Virus record (IMG/VR): IMGVR_UViG_3300046516_000964 | Source of the DNA: a virus | Taxonomy: Duplodnaviria; Heunggongvirae; Uroviricota; Caudoviricetes | DNA length: 14,514 nt | Reading direction: 5' to 3' (one strand) | Shown here: one piece after another, positions 1 through 6,294 of the stretch | Layout: every line of letters starts with the position of its first letter | How positions within the stretch are numbered: position 1 is the first letter of the stretch | Translations under genes and position numbers: made by a program | Notes under the pieces: generated by a model | What the model saw: only the letters and a program-made list of their open reading frames with translations | The model's database searches: none | What the model was told of the DNA's origin: nothing

Positions 1-781
1 CAGGGAGGATGCCCTGGAAGAACCCGCCAGGACCACCGCCGCCGAAGAAGTTCCCGATCCCACGACGAGCATTGCCGCCGCCGCCGCTGAAAAACCGTCC
101 GATGTTCCTCAGGAATGACACTCCATACTCGGCTTCCCGCGTCGCACCGTAGCTTCGGTGGGCTTCCGTCTCACCAAGCCTTCGACTAAGGATCTGAGAA
201 CCAGTAAGTGGGCCCGGTGGGCTCCATCCTCTGAGAATCGCTTCGGCCTGCGTCATTGGTCCAAGTCTCGCCCCGCCCTGCGACTGGACTAGACGAGTCA
301 TGTAATCGCGGTAATCCTGCATCCCGCCGACACCACCCGATGCCGCAGCAAGCGGGATCGCGTTGCGTCCGAACAACCCACTAGATGAGCGCGTTTGCAC
401 ACGGAGAGATGCGAGTTGAGCTTCGATCTCGGCGTCGGTGAGTCTCTTCACCGCTTCGGTTTGCGCGTTGATCTCGGCGATGTTCTTCGCCGTTCTCGTC
501 GGGGAGACAGACAGATCATTCGCAGCCTTGTTCGCCTCCAGGAACTTCGTGCGAAGATCACCGACCTGGTTGCCGAGTTCCTTGAGTTTCCCAATGCTCT
601 TGTCCATCTGAGAAGCGTCAACCCCGAGCTTCTTCATCGTCTCTTGGAGCTCAATCGTGGTCTTCTCCAGGTCGCGCATCACCTTCTGAACTTCCTTGAG
701 CATTCGCTCAGCCGCAGCCATCTGCGACTGGAACGCAGAGATTTGAGCCTCAAGGCGAGTGGTGAGAACCGCGACTTCCAT
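1..781 (-). CDS. Tape measure protein, N-terminal 260 aa (runs off the left edge; absent from the ORF track)
   Basis: Manual translation from ATG 781 is open to base 1: MEVAVLTTRLEAQISAFQSQMAAAERMLKEVQKVMRDLEK... The N-terminus has the typical TMP 'L...L.A..S.F...M..A' pattern and is helical. It lies directly downstream of the chaperone genes. Confidence 0.88.
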   Translation of the reverse strand, partial: MEVAVLTTRLEAQISAFQSQMAAAERMLKEVQKVMRDLEKTTIELQETMKKLGVDASQMDKSIGKLKELGNQVGDLRTKFLEANKAANDLSVSPTRTAKNIAEINAQTEAVKRLTDAEIEAQLASLRVQTRSSSGLFGRNAIPLAAASGGVGGMQDYRDYMTRLVQSQGGARLGPMTQAEAILRGWSPPGPLTGSQILSRRLGETEAHRSYGATREAEYGVSFLRNIGRFFSGGGGNARRGIGNFFGGGGPGGFFQGILP

Positions 782-797
782 GCGTAACTAGTTACGC
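782..797. promoter_or_regulatory. Perfect 16-bp palindrome GCGTAACTAGTTACGC (dyad site 1)
   Basis: Exact palindrome. It contains the last codon and stop of the chaperone GT product (GCG TAA) and fills the space between an AGGAGG (802-797, minus) and the TMP ATG (781). Function is inferred. Confidence 0.6.
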
Positions 798-1462
798 CTC
801 CTGATTGTGTTCGGCGATGTCAGCGCGAGTCAGTGGCTTCAACGTGTTCGTGCCGCTGCTTTTCTTCTCCGAGGCTTCCATCGCGGCCTGCTCCTCTTCC
901 GGGCGGAGCACCCCCAGCTCAACGATCCACTCCTCCAGCTCGGAGGAACCCATGCGCTGAAGGAGCTCGCTCACAGTGCAACCGATCTTCTCAGCGATCA
1001 GGAAGTACCAGCGCCGTTCGGGGTGGTTTCGGAGTTTCCCTCCGCCGCTCCCGAGTACTGACCGAGAGACGACAGACGCTCGATCGTGTCGATGATCTCA
1101 GCGATCTTGCCGCCGCCGATCCGCATCACACGATCCATGTCACCCGGGCGGAACAGCGTCGAGCGACCGCCCGGAGGGGACTGAGGGTCCATCACGCCGG
1201 CCTGAATCAAGGTGCGCTCGTATCCCTTGCGGTCGAACTTCTTCGTATCGGCCATCATCCCTGTCGCCTGCTGGCCGATCAGATCCGCGCGTGTCTCAGC
1301 AGTGATCTCGGAGAGAAGCAGGGTGCCGAGACCCTCCACGTTCTTCGTCTCCTCCTTCAGTTTGTTCGCTGCGGAAAGCATCGCGTCACGGGTCAGGTAG
1401 ACAGGCCCGTTGTCCACGGGAATCTCCTGCTGCTTGACAGGTGCTTCAGTTGTAGGGCTCAA
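792..1462 (-). CDS. Tail assembly chaperone GT, -1 frameshift fusion (about 223 aa: 143 aa of G plus 80 aa of the -1 frame)
   Basis: The -1 frame after GGGAAAC reads LRNHPERRWYFLIAEKIGCTVSELLQRMGSSELEEWIVELGVLRP..., the usual 'LA..LG.TV.EL..R.SS.EL.EW' chaperone T segment. It is the same frame as track ORF 792..974. Confidence 0.85.
998..1462 (-). CDS. Tail assembly chaperone G (154 aa)
   Basis: TTG start with AAGGAG 6 nt upstream. Sits between tail tube genes and TMP and ends just after a slippery heptamer. Confidence 0.85.
   Translation of the reverse strand: MSPTTEAPVKQQEIPVDNGPVYLTRDAMLSAANKLKEETKNVEGLGTLLLSEITAETRADLIGQQATGMMADTKKFDRKGYERTLIQAGVMDPQSPPGGRSTLFRPGDMDRVMRIGGGKIAEIIDTIERLSSLGQYSGAAEGNSETTPNGAGTS
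1034..1040 (-). other. Programmed -1 ribosomal frameshift site G GGA AAC
   Basis: X XXY YYZ heptamer in the correct phase of ORF G (GAG GGA AAC). The -1 frame is open to the stop at 792-794. Equivalent to the lambda G/T site GGGAAAG. Confidence 0.85.
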
Positions 1463-1997
1463 AGGTCACTCCTTCATCGTCGAACATGATTTGAACTCCT
1501 GCGTTCACTTGGGTCATCTCACCGAAACCGACGTACGCCCCCTTCTGGAACGGGAGCAGCACGAACGCTTTCTTAAGCGAGGATGCGATGACACCGTCCA
1601 CGGTCGCGACCGTGTCCAACGTTTTCACAGACGCCCCCACCGGTGAGGTCATGGAAGGGGACGTGTTGACCTCAGTGTCGATCGTGATCCGCCACGAGCT
1701 CCCCCACCCGATCAGACTCGTCGGGTAACAGAGCCCGCTCGCACGAACCCAATGCTCCATCAGGGCTCGCGGGAACACGACACGACCGAGATGCGGGTAC
1801 ATCTCATCCGGGACGATCTCGTCCCATGACTCCGCATCGTCAGACACCTCGAACAGCACGTCACCCTCCCAGCAACCAAGACCAGGGGGCGAAGCCCAGC
1901 TCCAACCGTCCCCACAGTTGTAGAGCTGGACGTTCTGGAACGAGAACGCGTCCCCGACAGCGCACACGTTCCCTCCCTTGCCGGAAATCCTATTCAT
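1446..1997 (-). CDS. Tail-tube-like paralogue with inserted domain (183 aa; start moved to ATG 1997)
   Basis: MNRISGKGGNV matches ALAGKGGSV of the tail tube, and IGWGSSWRITID matches IANIHQWTMTVD after an ~80-aa insert. ATG 1997 overlaps the tail tube stop (TATGAATAG). Confidence 0.65.
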   Translation of the reverse strand: MNRISGKGGNVCAVGDAFSFQNVQLYNCGDGWSWASPPGLGCWEGDVLFEVSDDAESWDEIVPDEMYPHLGRVVFPRALMEHWVRASGLCYPTSLIGWGSSWRITIDTEVNTSPSMTSPVGASVKTLDTVATVDGVIASSLKKAFVLLPFQKGAYVGFGEMTQVNAGVQIMFDDEGVTFEPYN

Positions 1998-2400
1998 ACG
2001 GGTGCTGCAAGCTCCCCGTTCCGACATACGTAAAGTCGAGAGTGATCAGACCATCGACCGGGTCGGTGATCGCAAACTGCGTGATGTTCACCGTTCCCTC
2101 GTACTGCAACCGTGCTGGGGAACCCTGGAACACGCACACCACCGACAGGGAGTTCAGCAGCGCGTTGTGAAGCTGCTGCTGACCGGACGGGTCAAGATCC
2201 ACGTCCCAGTACCCGTTGATCGTACCGTTCCACCCACGGAGACCCGGGATGAAATGGCGCCATGAGTCACCGAGAACCGAGGCGTCGTAGTTGCCGGCGT
2301 CCACCGTCATCGTCCACTGATGGATGTTCGCGATCGGCACCGTCGGGGTGCCAGGGACGTACACGGATCCGCCTTTACCTGCTAGCGCAGTTTCAGGCAT
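1990..2400 (-). CDS. Major tail (tube) protein (136 aa)
   Basis: Siphoviral tube motifs: W-T-M-T-V-D, 'D.S.LGD.W..FI.GL.GW.GTI.G', 'Y.G...IT.......DG......Y.GTG.L'. RBS GAAAGGTGG. Expected position in the module. Confidence 0.88.
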   Translation of the reverse strand: MPETALAGKGGSVYVPGTPTVPIANIHQWTMTVDAGNYDASVLGDSWRHFIPGLRGWNGTINGYWDVDLDPSGQQQLHNALLNSLSVVCVFQGSPARLQYEGTVNITQFAITDPVDGLITLDFTYVGTGSLQHPYE

Positions 2401-2450
2401 TGCACACCACCTTTCAGAGAGGTCAAGATGGGGTGCTTATCGGACTCTAG

Positions 2451-2479
2451 TTGCACTAACCATGCGGAACGCGTAGTCT
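2451..2479 (+). promoter_or_regulatory. Putative sigma70/SigA promoter TTGCAC-N17-TAGTCT, probably giving a leaderless or near-leaderless mRNA
   Basis: -35-like hexamer at 2451-2456, 17-nt spacer, TANNNT -10 at 2474-2479, ATG 8 nt later (2488), and no Shine-Dalgarno sequence. Confidence 0.5.
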
Positions 2480-2487
2480 TTAGACCC

Positions 2488-2763
2488 ATGGACAGGAGAA
2501 AGTTCCTCAAGATCGTTGGTGTTGGTACGGCCGGCTTGTTCGCCGGGGTCGAGCTCCCGAAAGCAGAAGCGGTTGAGCCGGAGCTCGTCGTCTCCAAACC
2601 ATTGACGAACATCACCGTCGAGTACATGAAGAAATCCTCTTGGAGGATCCCGTTCGGGCCGCTGCCCCCGCCCAACCCGGAAGTCGGGGACAGGTGGTGG
2701 AGGCTAGGAGAGTACGGTCACTACGAAGTGACCACGTTCAACGGACATCATTGGAAACGCTGA
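2488..2763 (+). CDS. Small twin-arginine (Tat) signal protein (91 aa; start moved to ATG 2488)
   Basis: MDRRKFLKIVGVGTAGLFAGVELPKAEA has an RRxFLK motif, a hydrophobic region and an AxA cleavage site. The ~63-aa mature part contains a P-P-x-P-x-x-G-D-x-W...F-N-G-x-x-W motif. Confidence 0.7.
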   Translation: MDRRKFLKIVGVGTAGLFAGVELPKAEAVEPELVVSKPLTNITVEYMKKSSWRIPFGPLPPPNPEVGDRWWRLGEYGHYEVTTFNGHHWKR

Positions 2764-2945
2764 TGCCGTACAAGCACCCCACCGACCGGCAAGCCTGGCA
2801 TCGCCGTCACTACCAGGATCACAAGGAAGCGATCAAACAGGCCGCGGCGGAATGGTATGAGGATCACAAGGACGACCCGGCGCTCCTGGATCGGAAGCGG
2901 ATCTACATGGTGGTGTGGCGGCGTAGGAAGAAGAACGGGGCGTAA
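2763..2945 (+). CDS. 60-aa basic helical protein, similar to the N-terminal helical arm of phage HNH/endonuclease VII proteins
   Basis: TGATG-coupled to the Tat gene. MPYKHPTDRQAWHRRHYQDHKEAIKQAAAEWYEDHK follows the 'MPYKDP..R..Y.R.YY..NKE' pattern. No nuclease domain follows. Confidence 0.6.
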   Translation: MPYKHPTDRQAWHRRHYQDHKEAIKQAAAEWYEDHKDDPALLDRKRIYMVVWRRRKKNGA

Positions 2946-2955
2946 CTAGTTACGC
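2940..2955. promoter_or_regulatory. Perfect 16-bp palindrome GCGTAACTAGTTACGC (dyad site 2)
   Basis: Identical to 782-797. It lies at the convergent junction and provides GCG TAA on both strands. Confidence 0.6.
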
Positions 2956-3072
2956 TATGCCGGCTTCTTGAGCAACCGCTTCGGCCTCAGGTTCGGGCGC
3001 GAACTCAAGTTCCGCTTCGGCGCCGCCAGACCTCGATGGCGTGATCGGCCTCCGTGGTTCGCGCACCCCCAA
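2950..3072 (-). CDS. Small acidic protein with GVREPRRP motif (40 aa from TTG 3072; alternative basic ORF 2955..3089 in another frame)
   Basis: Reads MGVREPRRPITPSRSGGAEAELEFAPEPEAEAVAQEAGIA*. Codons have G-rich first positions, GAGGA lies ~10 nt upstream, and the stop falls inside dyad site 2. The start is uncertain because the frame is open up to 3114. Confidence 0.42.
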   Translation of the reverse strand: MGVREPRRPITPSRSGGAEAELEFAPEPEAEAVAQEAGIA

Positions 3073-3088
3073 AGTGGGATCTTCCTCA

Positions 3089-3559
3089 TCAGGCTCTCTG
3101 CGTATTCTCCCACATTACACGGAAGTTCTGAGACCACTGATGCCGCTCCTTGTGGTCCCTGCCCAGGTACATCGGTGACTGCATCGCCTCCACCAAGTGG
3201 AACAGCGCGCCACCGACGTTCAGAACTTGCTCCACCACTCCTTGCAACGCGCCGAACACGCCCTCCGCCAGGGTGTTGCCGGCGTTGTACCCGGTCATGC
3301 TCGACCGAGTGAAGATCTGTACGACAGGCTGATCCAGAAGGGATTCGTTCACAGGAGGCACGAACGTTGTCGCATGAGACCCGGGGCCCGTCAGCCACGT
3401 GACCGGACGGATCCCACCACGCTCCAGCACCGCGACCGCAACATCGGGCTGATCGAGCAGGTGGCTGCTGAAACAGTTGATCGTGCCGGCGCCGTTGAAG
3501 TTCAAGCCCAACCCCTGCCCTTGCAGGTAGATGCAGAACTCGTCGCCAAGGGAGCTCAT
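3089..3559 (-). CDS. Tail terminator (Minor_capsid_3-like) (156 aa)
   Basis: 'PD.AV.V...GG..P', 'QP.VQI..R', 'QSP..LGRD...R...S.NF.V' motifs. Lies between the gp10-like gene and the tail tube. Confidence 0.85.
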   Translation of the reverse strand: MSSLGDEFCIYLQGQGLGLNFNGAGTINCFSSHLLDQPDVAVAVLERGGIRPVTWLTGPGSHATTFVPPVNESLLDQPVVQIFTRSSMTGYNAGNTLAEGVFGALQGVVEQVLNVGGALFHLVEAMQSPMYLGRDHKERHQWSQNFRVMWENTQRA

Positions 3560-4218
3560 GGGCGCCTAGAGAACTGGCCTGGGTTCAACGGGTTCCCGCC
3601 ACGGAACGATGTCCCGCCGCCGATCGAAGGAACACCGGTCGGGAGACCAACCAGGTCGGTGAGAGTGACGGAACGGTCAGGCCCGCCGACCACAGCAGTT
3701 GTGCGTTGCGCCCCGATGCGCATAAACGAAGCAACACCCGGGCCGAACTCAGCCGAATGCTCCAACAGCGGATCAAGCAAGAAATGGTCCTTCGTTGGTG
3801 GCATGTGTGTGGCGTCGCGAATCTCGTGCACCGGTACCGCGTACTGCGAGGCGCGCCGACCATCCACCGGGGACGGCTCATCCCCGTACCCGTACCCCAT
3901 CGTGATCCGAATCTTCCTTCCCGACCGCCTAGGGGGCTCAATGTCATGGGACTCCTTCAGTGTCCCGGACACCTCAGGTGTCTCCGCGAGAGACGAAACC
4001 ATCACGCGGTTCGCGAACACCTCCATCCCCTGGACCGCACCGGCGATCATGCCCTGACCCACGTCGCTGTTCGACCGGCTCTTCACCCTCGAACCAGCAG
4101 ACTTCTTGAAAGCCTCCGTGGCCATGTCAGCCATCTTCAACGCGGCCTCAAAGCTTGCTGTGTCGAGCTCCACCGTGGCAGTAAGGAGCTCGTCATAGGA
4201 GGAGTCACCAAAGATCAC
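3556..4218 (-). CDS. HK97 gp10-like neck/tail completion protein with N- and C-terminal extensions (220 aa)
   Basis: 'P..SGTL..S' and 'YA..VHE.....H.......FL..PL' motifs. GTGA and ATGA overlaps with neighbours. Confidence 0.75.
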   Translation of the reverse strand: MIFGDSSYDELLTATVELDTASFEAALKMADMATEAFKKSAGSRVKSRSNSDVGQGMIAGAVQGMEVFANRVMVSSLAETPEVSGTLKESHDIEPPRRSGRKIRITMGYGYGDEPSPVDGRRASQYAVPVHEIRDATHMPPTKDHFLLDPLLEHSAEFGPGVASFMRIGAQRTTAVVGGPDRSVTLTDLVGLPTGVPSIGGGTSFRGGNPLNPGQFSRRP

Positions 4219-4619
4219 AGGGTCACCCTAACGACCCACGCGTTCCGATTGTCGAACGGGGGCCCGTAGAACGTCGCGATCCACACCGCCTGCAACGACT
4301 GGGGCTCTGGGTCGAACAACCCCGCCACGTTGATCCCGATGCTCTGCGGTGTGAACCGATCGTACAACCGGAAGCCCTTCACGTCAGCGTCGTCACCGTC
4401 GAAATAGAGGTCGAGGACCGGCTCAACCACCGTTCCGTTCGGGAGCCTGATCGCCTCAACACCACCCGTCACCATCCCGTGCTCCTCGAGAAAACATTTC
4501 TTCACGACTGGAGGACGGTACGAAGGTTCCGCGTGGCCGTCCCACCCGTCGAACCCCTCCCACACCACAGGAATGTTCATCATCTGCTTGATCTCCGGAG
4601 GACAGGAGGGGATCGGCAT
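4215..4619 (-). CDS. Head-to-tail stopper (head closure protein) (134 aa)
   Basis: 'D.H.EPSY..P.....C......R..NG..V......Y.......DR.T' pattern. Lies directly after the adaptor. Confidence 0.7.
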   Translation of the reverse strand: MPIPSCPPEIKQMMNIPVVWEGFDGWDGHAEPSYRPPVVKKCFLEEHGMVTGGVEAIRLPNGTVVEPVLDLYFDGDDADVKGFRLYDRFTPQSIGINVAGLFDPEPQSLQAVWIATFYGPPFDNRNAWVVRVTL

Positions 4620-5107
4620 CAGAACTCGATAACCTCCTCGTCGACCCCCTCGTCACCGCCACCGGTAGCAGGGATCAGGCTGTCCGTGGTGTACCCACCG
4701 ACGCGAGGATTTTCCATCATGGTTTTCGTGAACACCGGCTGGATCAGATCGGTGTTCGTCGCGAAGTTGATCTGATCGGTGAGGTTCGCGCCACCCACCC
4801 ACGGAGGAGTCGTACCCAGTGATTTGGAGCGCAGCATGCGAGCCATCTGGAACCACTGGTCCGCCATCTTTGAGTACGTGATCTGCATCGAGCGACCCAA
4901 ATGCACATCCGCCTTGCGGAGCACCCTGCGGCCGATCATCTCGGCGCAACGGGCCGCGGCAGCCCACATGTTCCGCTCCGCCGCGAGCGCGTAAGCGATC
5001 TCCTCGTCCTGGAGCTGCTGATCGTTTGGATCAGTGTCCTGCAGCTCCGCGCGCACCTGCATCACCGGGTCGGTGTCGAGGGCCTCCGGGTTGTAGTTCC
5101 AGCCCAC
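4619..5107 (-). CDS. Head-to-tail adaptor (162 aa)
   Basis: 'VR..L.DTD....L.DEEI.Y.L......AAA..A..I...' and 'G...I.YS..A.Q....A..LR' are typical adaptor motifs. First gene of the neck block. Confidence 0.8.
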   Translation of the reverse strand: MGWNYNPEALDTDPVMQVRAELQDTDPNDQQLQDEEIAYALAAERNMWAAAARCAEMIGRRVLRKADVHLGRSMQITYSKMADQWFQMARMLRSKSLGTTPPWVGGANLTDQINFATNTDLIQPVFTKTMMENPRVGGYTTDSLIPATGGGDEGVDEEVIEF

Positions 5108-5421
5108 TAGGTGATCTCCAACAGGCCGGCCTTAATCACAGGGACCTCGGGGTTGTCGGTGACCTTCACATACACATCGTAGAACCCATTGATGAGGATC
5201 GCTGACGTTCCCGGCCCGACCAGAGCTTGCGCGTAATAGATCCCGTTCTCGGTTAGCCACTGGCCGGCAACGAACACCGTCGGATCATCACCAGGAGCAG
5301 GAAACGAGAGAGCAACATTGTCACCGGTCGGGTCACCGCCAGTGATCGACTCAGCGACAGGCACGGTGACGTACTGCTTCGATACGGAGGAGACTTGGAT
5401 GTCAGCGAGCGGCCCGGTCAC
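5107..5421 (-). CDS. Small beta-sandwich virion protein (BppU-N/Ig-like, 104 aa)
   Basis: 'S.QYV.VPV...DPT', 'A..LVGP......G.YDV.V...D.PE..V...G.L.IT' pattern, recalled from actinobacterial prophage neck regions. Coupled on both sides. Confidence 0.6.
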   Translation of the reverse strand: MTGPLADIQVSSVSKQYVTVPVAESITGGDPTGDNVALSFPAPGDDPTVFVAGQWLTENGIYYAQALVGPGTSAILINGFYDVYVKVTDNPEVPVIKAGLLEIT

Positions 5422-5654
5422 AAGTCACCTGTCTTCCAATCGTCCGTTGGACTATCGGTATCCCAGCCGGTCCCCGGCTCACGCGTCTGATCGTTCTCCG
5501 TTGGTGCATCGGGAGTCCAGTCCGACCGAGCTCGCATCGTGTTCCACAGGAGCCCGGGAGCACCAACGAGCCACTTGATGCTCTTTTTGATCGTGCCAAT
5601 GACCGTCGGCGGTGAAGCGAACGGAGACTGTCCGAAGTAGCTACCTCCGAACAT
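5418..5654 (-). CDS. Hypothetical virion-associated protein with MFGxxxFGxxPF N-terminus (78 aa)
   Basis: Coupled ORF. Aromatic/Gly N-terminal motif and Trp/Asp-rich C-terminus. Confidence 0.6.
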   Translation of the reverse strand: MFGGSYFGQSPFASPPTVIGTIKKSIKWLVGAPGLLWNTMRARSDWTPDAPTENDQTREPGTGWDTDSPTDDWKTGDL

Positions 5655-6294
5655 TGCCGAACCTGCCGACCGCGCAATCGTTCGCGCCTTCGAACTGCCA
5701 GTACTCCACCTTGATGCCGCGCTGGTCGAACGGGACCTCGGACAGATAGTTCCTTCCTGATGGGCCGGAGAGGTAGACGTCCCCGCCGAGCTCCTCCACC
5801 ATCATCGCGATCCGATCGCTGATCGGAAGCAGCTCGTACTCTTCGTCACCCTGAGCCCACACGGCGTGACCGCCGTCCAGGTGTGACTGAAAATGCCAGG
5901 AAGTTTGAGAATCAAAGCGACGCTGCTCGCCAGTAGGATCGACCAGAAGACGAATCAACGCAAGGTTGAGACCGACCAGGAGACGGTAGGGACGCATGAT
6001 CTCCTCGCATAGATCCTCCACCAATCCACCTTTGTAGTGTTGGCGGAGCGCCTTCGCGTGACTTTCACGCCACCCACCGTGTTCGCTGATTCGCACCCGG
6101 TTGATCGGACCCATGTCGGTTCTGCGCTCCACCGGTACGGTCAGCCAGGAACCATCCGGCATACGGTTGCGGTTCGTCCAACCACCGTGGCTGTACTGCA
6201 CCTCGTCCAACCAAATCACTGCGTTCGCAGCCTCAACTTTCTCGATCACCGAGAGGCCGGGGAGGTAGTTCGCTTGGTGGGCGGTAACGATCAT
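5641..6294 (-). CDS. wbqC: WbqC-family protein (putative sugar N-glycyl transferase; 217 aa, start moved to ATG 6294)
   Basis: MIVTAHQANYLP...LDEVQY....W.NRN, 'WLTVPV', and 'YLSGPSGRNYL...F....I.V' are WbqC signatures. ATGA overlap with the methyltransferase stop. Confidence 0.88.
   Translation of the reverse strand: MIVTAHQANYLPGLSVIEKVEAANAVIWLDEVQYSHGGWTNRNRMPDGSWLTVPVERRTDMGPINRVRISEHGGWRESHAKALRQHYKGGLVEDLCEEIMRPYRLLVGLNLALIRLLVDPTGEQRRFDSQTSWHFQSHLDGGHAVWAQGDEEYELLPISDRIAMMVEELGGDVYLSGPSGRNYLSEVPFDQRGIKVEYWQFEGANDCAVGRFGNVRR

Noticed and set aside
395-787. Plus-strand 130-aa ORF ending in the palindrome
   Set aside because: Antisense shadow of the tape measure gene. No RBS and no recognisable motif.
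2447-2454. CTAGTTGC near the divergent promoter as a fifth dyad site
   Set aside because: Only a partial right half-site with no matching left arm. Lone CGTAAC half-sites elsewhere (about 7243, 11786, 14083) were rejected for the same reason.
2382-2675. Minus-strand 97-aa ORF that would keep the operon co-directional
   Set aside because: It overlaps the Tat-signal ORF, which has a much stronger motif, a promoter and a coupled partner. Not fully excluded.
2940-2955. Palindrome as an intrinsic terminator, or as a TrpR, LexA, NtcA or matS site
   Set aside because: The stem is short and AT-rich with no U-tract. Arm sequence and spacing do not match GTACTAGTTAACTAGTAC, CGAAC-N4-GTTCG, GTA-N8-TAC or GTGAC-N3-GTCAC.
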